Shown here in pieces: positions 41,446 through 57,900 of a stretch of 64,000 bases of DNA. The notes below the pieces were generated by a model, which did no database searches, was not told where the DNA came from, and saw nothing but the letters and a program-made list of their open reading frames with translations. Position 1 is the stretch's first letter, and the number at the start of each line of letters is the position of its first letter. The stretch is from Eledone cirrhosa (taxonomy: Eukaryota): NCBI GenBank assembly GCA_964016885.1, contig OZ024740.1, positions 104,346,001-104,410,000 of the forward strand, read 5' to 3'. Made by a program: the position numbers and the translations under genes.

Positions 41446-44400
41446 CAATGTGTCTATCTACTCAACATCCACACACTGTGTCTATCTGCTCAACATCTAC
41501 ACACTGTGTCTACCTACTCAACATCTATACACTGTGTCTACCTACTCAACATCTATACACTGTGTCTATCTACTCAACATCTACACACTGTGTCTATCTA
41601 CTCCACATCTACACACTGTGTCTATCTACTCAATATCCACACATTGTGTCTGTCTATTCAACATCTACACACTGTGTCTATCTACTCAACATCTACACAC
41701 TGTGTCTATCTACTCAACATCTACACACTGTGTCTATCTACTCAACATCTACACAGCGTGTCTATCTACTCAACATCTACACACTGTGTCTATCTACTCA
41801 ACATCTACACACCGTGTCTATCTACTCAACATCTACAAACTGTGTTTATTTACTCAACATCTACACACTGTCTATCTACTCAATATCTACACACCGTGTC
41901 TATCTACTCAATATGCACACACGGTGTCTATCTACTCAACATCTACACACTGTCTATCTACTCAATATCTACACACCGTGTCTATCTACTCAATATCTAC
42001 ACACTGTGTCTATCTACTCAACATCCACCCACTGTCTCTATCTAGTCAACATCTACACACTGTCTCTATCTACTCAACATCTACACACTGAGTCTATCTA
42101 CTCAACATCCACACATCGTGTCTATCTACTCAACATCTACACACTGTGTCTATCTACTCAACATACACACACTGTGTCTATCCTGCTCACCATCCACACA
42201 CGGTGTCTATCTACTCAACATCTACTCACTGTGTCTATCTACTCAACATCTACACACTGTGTTGATCTACTCAATATCTACACACTGTGTCTATCTACTC
42301 AACATCTATACACTGTGTCTATTTACTCAATATCCTCACACTGTCTATCTACTCAACATCTACACACTGTGTCTATCTACTCAACATCAACACGCCGTGT
42401 CTATCTACTCAACATCTACAAATTGTGTCTCTTTACTCAATATCTACACACTGTGTCTATCTACTCAATATCTACACACCGTGTCTATCTAGTAAACATC
42501 TACACACTGTGTCTATCTACTCAACATCTACACACTGTGTCTATTTCCTCAATATCCACACACTGTCTATCTACTCAATATCTACACACCGTTTCTATTT
42601 ACTCAATATCTACACACTGTGTCTATCTACTCAACATCTACACACTGTGTGTATCTACTCCACATCTACACGTTGTGTCTATCTACTCAACATCTACACA
42701 CTGTGTCTATCTACTCAATATCTACGCACTGTGTCTATCTACTCAACATCTACACACTGTGTCAATCTACTAGACATCCACACACTGTGTCTATTTACTC
42801 AATATCCACACACTGTGTCTATCTACTAAACGTCTACACAATGTGTCTATCTACTCAACATCTACACACTGTGTCTACCTACTCAACATCTACACACTGT
42901 GTCTATCTACTCAACATCTACACACTGTGTCTATCTACTCAACATCTACACACTGTGTCTATCTACTCCACATCTACACGCTGTGTCTATCTACTCAACT
43001 TCTACACACCGTGTCTATCTACTGAATATATACACACTGTGTCTATCTACTCTACATCCACACACTGTGTCTATCTACTCAATATCTACACACTGTGTCT
43101 ATCTACTCAACATCTACACACTGTGTCTAACCACTAGACATCCACACACTGTGTCTATTTACTCAATATCCACACACTGTGTCTATCTACTAAACGTCTA
43201 CACAGTGAGTCTATCTACTCAACATCTACACACTGTGTCTATCTACTAAACATCTACACAATCTGTCTATCTACTCAACATCCACACACTGTGTCTATCT
43301 ATTCAACATCTACACACTGTGTCTTTCTACTCAACATCTACACACTGTGTCCATCTACTCAACATCTACACAGCGTGTCTATCTACTCAACATCTACACA
43401 CTGAGTCTATCTACTCAACATCTACACACCGTGTCTATCTACTCAACATCTACAAACTGTGTTTATTTACTCAATATCTACACACTGTGTCTATCTACAC
43501 ACCGTGTCTATCTACTCAACATCTACACACTGTCTATCTACTCAATATGTACACACCGTGTCTATTTACTCAATATCCACACACGGTGTCTATCTACTCA
43601 ACATCTACACACTGTCTATCTACTCAATATCTACACACCGTGTCTATCTACTCAATATCTACACACTGTGTCTATCTACTCAACATCAACACACTGTCTC
43701 TATCTACTCAACATCTACACACTGTGTCTATCTACTCAACATCTACACACTGTGTCTATCTACTAAACATCTACACACTGTGTCTATCTACTCAATATCC
43801 ACACAGTGTGTCTATCTACTCAATATCTACACACAGTGTCTATCTACTCAACATCTACACACTGTGTCTATCTACTCAACATCCATACACTGTGTCTATT
43901 TACTCAATATCCACACACTGTGTCTATCTACTCAACATCTACACACTGTGTCTATGTACTCAACATCCACACACTGTGTCTATTTACTCAATATCCACAC
44001 AGTGTGTATATCTACTCAATATCCACACGCTGTCTATCTACTCAACATCTACACACTGAGTCTATCTACTCAACATCTACACACTGTCTATCTACTCAAT
44101 ATCTACAGACTGTGTTTATCTACTCAATATCAACACACTGTGTCTATCTACTCATCATCCACCCACTGTCTCTATCTAGTCAACATCTACACACTGTCTC
44201 TATCTACTCAACATCTACACACTGTGTCTATCTACTCAACATCCACACACTCTGCGTATCTACTCAATATCTACACACTGTGTCTATCTACTCAACATCT
44301 ACACACTGTGTCTATCTACTCAACATCTACACACCGTGTCTAACTACTCAACATCTACACACTGTGTCTATCTACTCAACATCCACACACTCTGCGTATC

Positions 44401-47400
44401 TACTCAATATCTACACACTGTGTCTATCTACTCAATATCTACACACTGTGTCTATCTACTCAACATCTACACACTGTCTATCTACTCAATATCCGGACAC
44501 TGTGTCTATCTACTCAACATCTACACACTGTGTCTATCTTCTCAATATCTACACACTGTGTCTATCTACTCAACATCTACACACTGTGTCTATCTACTAG
44601 ACATCCACACACTGTGTCTATTTACTCAATATCCACACACTGTGTCTATCTACTAAACATCTACACAATCTGTCTATCTACTCAACATCCACACACTGTG
44701 TCTATCATCTCAACATCTACACACTGTGTCTACCTACTCAACTTCTACACACTGTGTCTATCTACTCAACATCTACACATTGTGTCTATCTACTCAATAT
44801 CTACACACTGTGTCTATCTACTCAATATCCACACACTGTGTCTATCTATTCAACATCTACACACTGTGTCTATCTACTCAACATCTACACACTCTGTCTA
44901 TCTACTCAACATCTACACACTGTGTCTATCTACTCAACATCTACACAGCGTGTCTATCTACCCAACATCTGCACACTGTGTCTATCTACTCAACATCTAC
45001 ACACCGTGTCTATCTACTCAACATCTACAAACTGTGTTTATTTACTCAATATCTACACACTGTGTCTATCTACACACCGTGTCTATCTACTCAACATCTA
45101 CACACTGTCTATCTACTCAATATCTACACAACAAGTCTATCTACTCAATATCCACACACAGTGTCTATCTAAACTTATACACACTGTCTATCTACTCAAT
45201 ATCTACACACCGTGTCTATCTACTCAACATCAACACACTGTCTCTATCTACTCAACATCTACACACTGTCTATATCTACTCAACATCTACACACTGTGTC
45301 TATCTACTCAATATCTACACACTGAGTTTATCTACTAAACATCTACACACTGTGTCTATCTACTCAACATCTACACACTGTGTCTATCTACTCAACACCT
45401 ACACACTGTGTCTATCTACTCAATATCCACACAGTGTGTCTATCTACTCAATATCTACACACTGTGTCTATCTACTAAACATCTACACACTGTGTCTATC
45501 TACTCTACATCTACACACTGTGTCTATCTACTCAACATCCATACACTGTGTCTATTTACTCAATATCCACAGACTGTGTCTATCTACTCAACATCCACAC
45601 ACTGTCTATTTACTCAATATCCACACACTGTGTCTATTTACTAAATATCCACACAGTGTGTATATCTACTCAATATCAACACGCTGTCTATCTACTCAAC
45701 ATCTACACACTGAGTCTATCTACTCAACATCTACACACTGTCTATCTACTCAATATCTACAGACTGTGTTTATCTACTCAATATCTACACACTGTGTCTA
45801 TCTACTCAACATCCACCCACTGTCTCTATCTAGTCAACATCTACACACTGTCTCTATCTACTCAACATCTACACACTGAGTCTATCTACTCAACATCCAC
45901 ACACCGTGTCTATCTACTCAACATCTACACACTGTGTCTATCTACTCAACATACACACACTGTGTCTATCCTGCTCACCATCCACACACGGTGTCTATCT
46001 ACTCAACATCTACTCACTGTGTCTATCTACTCAACATCTACACACTGTGTTGATCTACTCAATATCTACACACTGTGTCTATCTACTCAACATCTATACA
46101 CTGTGTCTATTTACTCAATATCCTCACACTGTCTATCTACTCAACATCTACACACTGTGTCTATCTACTCAACATCAACACGCCGTGTCTATCTACTCAA
46201 CATCTACAAATTGTGTCTCTTTACTCAATATCTACACACTGTGTCTATCTACTCAATATCTACACACCGTGTCTATCTAGTAAACATCTACACACTGTGT
46301 CTATCTACTCAACATCTACACACTGTGTCTATTTCCTCAATATCCACACACTGTCTATCTACTCAATATCTACACACCGTTTCTATTTACTCAATATCTA
46401 CACACTGTGTCTATCTACTCAACATCTACACACTGTGTGTATCTACTCCACATCTACACGTTGTGTCTATCTACTCAACATCTACACACTGTGTCTATCT
46501 ACTCAATATCTACGCACTGTGTCTATCTACTCAACATCTACACACTGTGTCAATCTACTAGACATCCACACACTGTGTCTATTTACTCAATATCCACACA
46601 CTGTGTCTATCTACTAAACGTCTACACAATGTGTCTATCTACTCAACATCTACACACTGTGTCTACCTACTCAACATCTACACACTGTGTCTATCTACTC
46701 AACATCTACACACTGTGTCTATCTACTCAACATCTACACACTGTGTCTATCTACTCCACATCTACACGCTGTGTCTATCTACTCAACTTCTACACACCGT
46801 GTCTATCTACTGAATATATACACACTGTGTCTATCTACTCTACATCCACACACTGTGTCTATCTACTCAATATCTACACACTGTGTCTATCTACTCAACA
46901 TCTACACACTGTGTCTATCCACTAGACATCCACACACTGTGTCTATTTACTCAATATCCACACACTGTGTCTATCTACTAAACGTCTACACAATGTGTCT
47001 ATCTACTCAACATCCACACACTGTGTCTATCTGCTCAACATCTACACACTGTGTCTACCTACTCAACATCTATACACTGTGTCTACCTACTCAACATCTA
47101 TACACTGTGTCTATCTACTCAACATCTACACACTGTGTCTATCTACTCCACATCTACACACTGTGTCTATCTACTCAATATCCACACATTGTGTCTGTCT
47201 ATTCAACATCTACACACTGTGTCTATCTACTCAACATCTACACACTGTGTCTATCTACTCAACATCTACACACTGTGTCTATCTACTCAACATCTACACA
47301 GCGTGTCTATCTACTCAACATCTACACACTGTGTCTATCTACTCAACATCTACACACCGTGTCTATCTACTCAACATCTACAAACTGTGTTTATTTACTC

Positions 47401-48800
47401 AATATCTACACACTGTGTCTATCTACACACCGTGTCTATCTACTCAACATCTACACACTGTCTATCTACTCAATATCTACACACCGTGTCTATCTACTCA
47501 ATATGCACACACGGTGTCTATCTACTCAACATCTACACACTGTCTATCTACTCAATATCTACACACCGTGTCTATCTACTCAATATCTACACACTGTGTC
47601 TATCTACTCAACATCCACCCACTGTCTCTATCTAGTCAACATCTACACACTGTCTCTATCTACTCAACATCTACACACTGAGTCTATCTACTCAACATCC
47701 ACACACCGTGTCTATCTACTCAACATCTACACACTGTGTCTATCTACTCAACATACACACACTGTGTCTATCCTGCTCACCATCCACACACGGTGTCTAT
47801 CTACTCAACATCTACTCACTGTGTCTATCTACTCAACATCTACACACTGTGTTGATCTACTCAATATCTACACACTGTGTCTATCTACTCAACATCTATA
47901 CACTGTGTCTATTTACTCAATATCCTCACACTGTCTATCTACTCAACATCTACACACTGTGTCTATCTACTCAACATCAACACGCCGTGTCTATCTACTC
48001 AACATCTACAAATTGTGTCTCTTTACTCAATATCTACACACTGTGTCTATCTACTCAATATCTACACACCGTGTCTATCTAGTAAACATCTACACACTGT
48101 GTCTATCTACTCAACATCTACACACTGTGTCTATTTCCTCAATATCCACACACTGTCTATCTACTCAATATCTACACACCGTTTCTATTTACTCAATATC
48201 TACACACTGTGTCTATCTACTCAACATCTACACACTGTGTGTATCTACTCCACATCTACACGTTGTGTCTATCTACTCAACATCTACACACTGTGTCTAT
48301 CTACTCAATATCTACGCACTGTGTCTATCTACTCAACATCTACACACTGTGTCAATCTACTAGACATCCACACACTGTGTCTATTTACTCAATATCCACA
48401 CACTGTGTCTATCTACTAAACGTCTACACAATGTGTCTATCTACTCAACATCTACACACTGTGTCTACCTACTCAACATCTACACACTGTGTCTATCTAC
48501 TCAACATCTACACACTGTGTCTATCTACTCAACATCTACACACTGTGTCTATCTACTCCACATCTACACGCTGTGTCTATCTACTCAACTTCTACACACC
48601 GTGTCTATCTACTGAATATATACACACTGTGTCTATCTACTCTACATCCACACACTGTGTCTATCTACTCAATATCTAAACACTGTGTCTATCTACTCAA
48701 CATCTACACACTGTGTCTATCCACTAGACATCCACACACTGTGTCTATTTACTCAATATCCACACACTGTGTCTATCTACTAAACGTCTACACAATGTGT
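36450..48800 (+). repeat. Higher-order duplication, ~5.55-5.59-kb unit, two copies plus a partial third
   Basis: Offsets 5573 (36545/42118, 37746/43319, 39181/44754), 5545 (40361/45906) and 5590 (42118/47708). Confidence 0.83.
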
Positions 48801-51800
48801 CTATCTACTCAACATCCACACACTGTGTCTATCTGCTCAACATCTACACACTGTGTCTACCTACTCAACATCTATACACTGTGTCTACCTACTCAACATC
48901 TATACACTGTGTCTATCTACTCAACATCTACACACTGTGTCTATCTACTCCACATCTACACACTGTGTCTATCTACTCAATAACCACACATTGTGTCTGT
49001 CTATTCAACATCTACACACTGTGTCTATCTACTCAACATCTACACACTGTGTCTATCTACTCAACATCTACACACTGTGTCTATCTACTCAACATCTACA
49101 CAGCGTGTCTATCTACTCAACATCTACACACTGTGTCTATCTACTCAACATCTACACACCGTGTATATCTACTCAACATCTACAAACTGTGTTTATTTAC
49201 TCAATATCTACACACTGTGTCTATCTACACACCGTGTCTATCTACTCAACATCTACACACTGTCTATCTACTCAATATCTACACACCGTGTCTATCTACT
49301 CAATATGCACACACGGTGTCTATCTACTCAACATCTACACACTGTCTATCTACTCAATATCTACACACCGTGTCTATCTACTCAATATCTACACACTGTG
49401 TCTATCTACTCAACATCAACACACTGTCTCTATCTACTCAACATCTACACACTGTCTCTATCTACTCAACATCTACACACTGTGTCTCTCTACTCAATAT
49501 CTACACACTGAGTTAATCTACTAAACATCTACACACTGTGTCTATCTACTCAACATCTACACACTGTGTCTATCTACTCAATATCCACACAGTGTGTCTA
49601 TCTACTCAATATCTACACACTGTGTCTATTTACTCAATATCCACACACTGTGTCTATCTACTCAACATCTACACACTGTGTCTATCTACTCAACGTCCAC
49701 ACACTGTGTCTATTTACTCAATATCCACACACTGTGTCTATTTACTCAATATCCACACAGTGTGTCTATCTACTCAATATCTACACACTGTGTCTATCTA
49801 CTCAATATCTACACACCGTGTCTATCTAGTAAACATCTACACACTGTGTCTATCTACTCAACATACACACACTGTGTCTATCCTGCTCACCATCCACACA
49901 CGGTGTCTATCTACTCAACATCTACTCACTGTGTCTATCTACTCAACATCTACACACTGTGTTGATCTACTCAATATCTACACACTGTGTCTATCTACTC
50001 AACATCTATACACTGTGTCTATTTACTCAATATCCTCACACTGTCTATCTACTCAACATCTACACACTGTGTCTATCTACTCAACATCAACACGCCGTGT
50101 CTATCTACTCAACATCTACAAATTGTGTCTCTTTACTCAATATCTACACACTGTGTCTATCTACTCAATATCTACACACCGTGTCTATCTAGTAAACATC
50201 TACACACTGTGTCTATCTACTCAACATCTACACACTGTGTCTATTTCCTCAATATCCACACACTGTCTATCTACTCAATATCTACACACCGTTTCTATTT
50301 ACTCAATATCTACACACTGTGTCTATCTACTCAACATCTACACACTGTGTGTATCTACTCCACATCTACACGTTGTGTCTATCTACTCAACATCTACACA
50401 CTGTGTCTATCTACTCAATATCTACGCACTGTGTCTATCTACTCAACATCTACACACTGTGTCAATCTACTAGACATCCACACACTGTGTCTATTTACTC
50501 AATATCCACACACTGTGTCTATCTACTAAACGTCTACACAATGTGTCTATCTACTCAACATCTACACACTGTGTCTACCTACTCAACATCTACACACTGT
50601 GTCTATCTACTCAACATCTACACACTGTGTCTATCTACTCAACATCTACACACTGTGTCTATCTACTCCACATCTACACGCTGTGTCTATCTACTCAACT
50701 TCTACACACCGTGTCTATCTACTGAATATATACACACTGTGTCTATCTACTCTACATCCACACACTGTGTCTATCTACTCAATATCTACACACTGTGTCT
50801 ATCTACTCAACATCTACACACTGTGTCTATCCACTAGACATCCACACACTGTGTCTATTTACTCAATATCCACACACTGTGTCTATCTACTAAACGTCTA
50901 CACAATGTGTCTATCTACTCAACATCCACACACTGTGTCTATCTGCTCAACATCTACACACTGTGTCTACCTACTCAACATCTATACACTGTGTCTACCT
51001 ACTCAACATCTATACACTGTGTCTATCTACTCAACATCTACACACTGTGTCTATCTACTCCACATCTACACACTGTGTCTATCTACTCAATAACCACACA
51101 TTGTGTCTGTCTATTCAACATCTACACACTGTGTCTATCTACTCAACATCTACACACTGTGTCTATCTACTCAACATCTACACACTGTGTCTATCTACTC
51201 AACATCTACACAGCGTGTCTATCTACTCAACATCTACACACTGTGTCTATCTACTCAACATCTACACACCGTGTCTATCTACTCAACATCTACAAACTGT
51301 GTTTATTTACTCAATATCTACACACTGTGTCTATCTACACACCGTGTCTATCTACTCAACATCTACACACTGTCTATCTACTCAATATCTACACACCGTG
51401 TCTATCTACTCAATATGCACACACGGTGTCTATCTACTCAACATCTACACACTGTCTATCTACTCAATATCTACACACCGTGTCTATCTACTCAATATCT
51501 ACACACTGTGTCTATCTACTCAACATCAACACACTGTCTCTATCTACTCAACATCTACACACTGTCTCTATCTACTCAACATCTACACACTGTGTCTCTC
51601 TACTCAATATCTACACACTGAGTTAATCTACTAAACATCTACACACTGTGTCTATCTACTCAACATCTACACACTGTGTCTATCTACTCAATATCCACAC
51701 AGTGTGTCTATCTACTCAATATCTACACACTGTGTCTATTTACTCAATATCCACACACTGTGTCTATCTACTCAACATCTACACACTGTGTCTATCTACT

Positions 51801-51970
51801 CAACGTCCACACACTGTGTCTATTTACTCAATATCCACACACTGTGTCTATTTACTCAATATCCACACAGTGTGTCTATCTACTCAATATCTACACACTG
51901 TGTCTATCTACTCAATATCTACACACCGTGTCTATCTAGTAAACATCTACACACTGTGTCTATCTACTCA
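47750..51970 (+). repeat. Higher-order tandem duplication, 2110-bp unit x2
   Basis: Offset 2110 (47877/49987, 48797/50907, 49538/51648). Confidence 0.88.
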
Positions 51971-54900
51971 ACATCTACACACTGTGTCTATTTCCTCAAT
52001 ATCCACACACTGTCTATCTACTCAATATCTACACACCGTTTCTATTTACTCAATATCTACACACTGTGTCTATCTACTCAACATCTACACACTGTGTGTA
52101 TCTACTCCACATCTACACGTTGTGTCTATCTACTCAACATCTACACACTGTGTCTATCTACTCAATATCTACGCACTGTGTCTATCTACTCAACATCTAC
52201 ACACTGTGTCAATCTACTAGACATCCACACACTGTGTCTATTTACTCAATATCCACACACTGTGTCTATCTACTAACCGTCTACACAATGTGTCTATCTA
52301 CTCAACATCTACACACTGTGTCTACCTACTCAACATCTACACACTGTGTCTATCTACTCAACATCTACACACTGTGTCTATCTACTCAACATCTACACAC
52401 TGTGTCTATCTACTCCACATCTACACGCTGTGTCTATCTACTCAACTTCTACACACCGTGTCTATCTACTGAATATATACACACTGTGTCTATCTACTCT
52501 ACATCCACACACTGTGTCTATCTACTCAATATCTACACACTGTGTCTATCTACTCAACATCTACACACTGTGTCTATCCACTAGACATCCACACACTGTG
52601 TCTATTTACTCAATATCCACACACTGTGTCTATCTACTAAACGTCTACACAGTGAGTCTATCTACTCAACATCTACACACTGTGTCTATCTACTAAACAT
52701 CTACACAATCTGTCTATCTACTCAACATCCACACACTGTGTCTATCTATTCAACATCTACACACTGTGTCTTTCTACTCAACATCTACACACTGTGTCCA
52801 TCTACTCAACATCTACACAGCGTGTCTATCTACTCAACATCTACACACTGAGTCTATCTACTCAACATCTACACACCGTGTCTATCTACTCAACATCTAC
52901 AAACTGTGTTTATTTACTCAATATCTACACACTGTGTCTATCTACACACCGTGTCTATCTACTCAACATCTACACACTGTCTATCTACTCAATATGTACA
53001 CACCGTGTCTATCTACTCAATATCCACACACGGTGTCTATCTACTCAACATCTACACACTGTCTATCTACTCAATATCTACACACCGTGTCTATCTACTC
53101 AATATCTACACACTGTGTCTATCTACTCAACATCAACACACTGTCTCTATCTACTCAACATCTACACACTGTGTCTATCTACTCAACATCTACACACTGT
53201 GTCTATCTACTAAACATCTACACACTGTGTCTATCTACTCAATATCCACACAGTGTGTCTATCTACTCAATATCTACACACAGTGTCTATCTACTCAACA
53301 TCTACACACTGTGTCTATCTACTCAACATCCATACACTGTGTCTATTTACTCAATATCCACACACTGTGTCTATCTACTCAACATCTACACACTGTGTCT
53401 ATGTACTCAACATCCACACACTGTGTCTATTTACTCAATATCCACACAGTGTTTATATCTACTCAATATCCACACGCTGTCTATCTACTCAACATCTACA
53501 CACTGAGTCTATCTACTCAACATCTACACACTGTCTATCTACTCAATATCTACAGACTGTGTTTATCTACTCAATATCTACACACTGTGTCTATCTACTC
53601 ATCATCCACCCACTGTCTCTATCTAGTCAACATCTACACACTGTCTCTATCTACTCAACATCTACACACTGTGTCTATCTACTCAACATCCACACACTCT
53701 GCGTATCTACTCAATATCTACACACTGTGTCTATCTACTCAACATCTACACACTGTGTCTATCTACTCAACATCTACACACCGTGTCTATCTACTCAACA
53801 TCTACACACTGTGTCTATCTACTCAACATCCACACACTCTGCGTATCTACTCAATATCTACACACTGTGTCTATCTACTCAATATCTACACACTGTGTCT
53901 ATCTACTCAACATCTACACACTGTCTATCTACTCAATATCCGGACACTGTGTCTATCTACTCAACATCTACACACTGTGTCTATCTTCTCAATATCTACA
54001 CACTGTGTCTATCTACTCAACATCTACACACTGTGTCTATCTACTAGACATCCACACACTGTGTCTATTTACTCAATATCCACACACTGTGTCTATCTAC
54101 TAAACATCTACACAATCTGTCTATCTACTCAACATCCACACACTGTGTCTATCATCTCAACGTCTACACACTGTGTCTACCTACTCAACTTCTACACACT
54201 GTGTCTATCTACTCAACATCTACACATTGTGTCTATCTACTCAATATCTACACACTGTGTCTATCTACTCAATATCCACACACTGTGTCTATCTATTCAA
54301 CATCTACACACTGTGTCTATCTACTCAACATCTACACACTCTGTCTATCTACTCAACATCTACACACTGTGTCTATCTACTCAACATCTACACAGCGTGT
54401 CTATCTACCCAACATCTGCACACTGTGTCTATCTACTCAACATCTACACACCGTGTCTATCTACTCAACATCTACAAACTGTGTTTATTTACTCAATATC
54501 TACACACTGTGTCTATCTACACACCGTGTCTATCTACTCAACATCTACACACTGTCTATCTACTCAATATCTACACAACAAGTCTATCTACTCAATAACC
54601 ACACACGGTGTCTATCTAAACTTATACACACTGTCTATCTACTCAATATCTACACACCGTGTCTATCTACTCAATATCTACACACTGTGTCTATCTACTC
54701 AACATCAACACACTGTCTCTATCTACTCAACATCTACACACTGTCTATATCTACTCAACATCTACACACTGTGTCTATCTACTCAATATCTACACACTGA
54801 GTTTATCTACTAAACATCTACACACTGTGTCTATCTATTCAACATCTACACACTGTGTCTATCTACTCAACATCTACACACTGTGTCTATCTACTCAATA

Positions 54901-57900
54901 TCCACACAGTGTGTCTATCTACTCAATATCTACACACTGTGTCTATCTACTAAACATCTACACACTGTGTCTATCTACTCTACATCTACACACTGTGTCT
55001 ATCTACTCAACATCCATACACTGTGTCTATTTACTCAATATCCACAGACTGTGTCTATCTACTCAACATCCACACACTGTCTATTTACTCAATATCCACA
55101 CACTGTGTCTATTTACTCAATATCCACACAGTGTGTATATCTACTCAATATCAACACGCTGTCTATCTACTCAACATCTACACACTGAGTCTATCTACTC
55201 AACATCTACACACTGTCTATCTACTCAATATCTACAGACTGTGTTTATCTACTCAATATCTACACACTGTGTCTATCTACTCAACATCCACCCACTGTCT
55301 CTATCTAGTCAACATCTACACACTGTCTCTATCTACTCAACATCTACACACTGAGTCTATCTACTCAACATCCACACACCGTGTCTATCTACTCAACATC
55401 TACACACTGTGTCTATCTACTCAACATACACACACTGTGTCTATCCTGCTCACCATCCACACACGGTGTCTATCTACTCAACATCTACTCACTGTGTCTA
55501 TCTACTCAACATCTACACACTGTGTTGATCTACTCAATATCTACACACTGTGTCTATCTACTCAACATCTATACACTGTGTCTATTTACTCAATATCCTC
55601 ACACTGTCTATCTACTCAACATCTACACACTGTGTCTATCTACTCAACATCAACACGCCGTGTCTATCTACTCAACATCTACAAATTGTGTCTCTTTACT
55701 CAATATCTACACACTGTGTCTATCTACTCAATATCTACACACCGTGTCTATCTAGTAAACATCTACACACTGTGTCTATCTACTCAACATCTACACACTG
55801 TGTCTATTTCCTCAATATCCACACACTGTCTATCTACTCAATATCTACACACCGTTTCTATTTACTCAATATCTACACACTGTGTCTATCTACTCAACAT
55901 CTACACACTGTGTGTATCTACTCCACATCTACACGTTGTGTCTATCTACTCAACATCTACACACTGTGTCTATCTACTCAATATCTACGCACTGTGTCTA
56001 TCTACTCAACATCTACACACTGTGTCAATCTACTAGACATCCACACACTGTGTCTATTTACTCAATATCCACACACTGTGTCTATCTACTAAACGTCTAC
56101 ACAATGTGTCTATCTACTCAACATTTACACACTGTGTCTACCTACTCAACATCTACACACTGTGTCTATCTACTCAACATCTACACACTGTGTCTATCTA
56201 CTCAACATCTACACACTGTGTCTATCTACTCCACATCTACACGCTGTGTCTATCTACTCAACTTCTACACACCGTGTCTATCTACTGAATATATACACAC
56301 TGTGTCTATCTACTCTACATCCACACACTGTGTCTATCTACTCAATATCTACACACTGTGTCTATCTACTCAACATCTACACACTGTGTCTATCCACTAG
56401 ACATCCACACACTGTGTCTATTTACTCAATATCCACACACTGTGTCTATCTACTAAACGTCTACACAATGTGTCTATCTACTCAACATCCACACACTGTG
56501 TCTATCTGCTCAACATCTACACACTGTGTCTATCTACTCAATATCCACACATTGTGTCTGTCTATTCAACATCTACACACTGTGTCTATCTACTCAACAT
56601 CTACACACTGTGTCTATCTACTCAACATCTACACACTGTGTCTATCTACTCAACATCTACACAGCGTGTCTATCTACTCAACATCTACACACTGTGTCTA
56701 TCTACTCAACATCTACACACCGTGTCTATCTACTCAACATCTACAAACTGTGTTTATTTACTCAATATCTACACACTGTGTCTATCTACACACCGTGTCT
56801 ATCTACTCAACATCTACACACTGTCTATCTACTCAATATCTACACACCGTGTCTATCTACTCAATATGCACACACGGTGTCTATCTACTCAACATCTACA
56901 CACTGTCTATCTACTCAATATCTACACACCGTGTCTATCTACTCAATATCTACACACTGTGTCTATCTACTCAACATCAACACACTGTCTCTATCTACTC
57001 AGCATCTACACACTGTCTCTATCTACTCAACATCTACACACTGTGTCTCTCTACTCAATATCTACACACTGAGTTAATCTACTAAACATCTACACACTGT
57101 GTCTATCTACTCAACATCTACACACTGTGTCTATCTACTCAATATCCACACAGTGTGTCTATCTACTCAATATCTACACACTGTGTCTATTTACTCAATA
57201 TCCACACACTGTGTCTATCTACTCAACATCTACACACTGTGTCTATCTACACAACGTCCACACACTGTGTCTATTTACTCAATATCCACACACTGTGTCT
57301 ATTTACTCAATATCCACACAGTGTGTCTATCTACTCAATATCTACACACTGTGTCTATCTACTCAATATCTACACACTGTGTCTATCTACTCAACATCTA
57401 CACACTGAGTCAATCTACTCAACATCTACACACTGTCTATCTACTCAATATCTACACACTGTGTTTATCTACTCAATATCTACACACTGTGTCTATCTAC
57501 TCAACATCCACACACTGTCTCTATCTAGTCAACATCTACACACTGTCTCTATCTAGTCAACATCTACACACTGTGTCTATCTACTCAACATCCACACACT
57601 CTGCGTATCTACTCAATATCTACACACTGTGTCTATCTACTCAACATCTACACACTGTGTCTATCTACTCAACATCTACACACCGTGTCTATCGACTCAA
57701 CATCCACACACCTTGTCTATCTACTCTACATCTACACACTGTGTCTATCTACTCAACATCTACACGCTGTGTCTATTTACTGAATATCTACACACTGTGT
57801 TTATCTACTCAACATCTACACACTGTGTCTATCTACTCAACATCTACACACTTTGTTTATCTACTCAACATCTACACACTGTGTCTATCTACTCCACATC

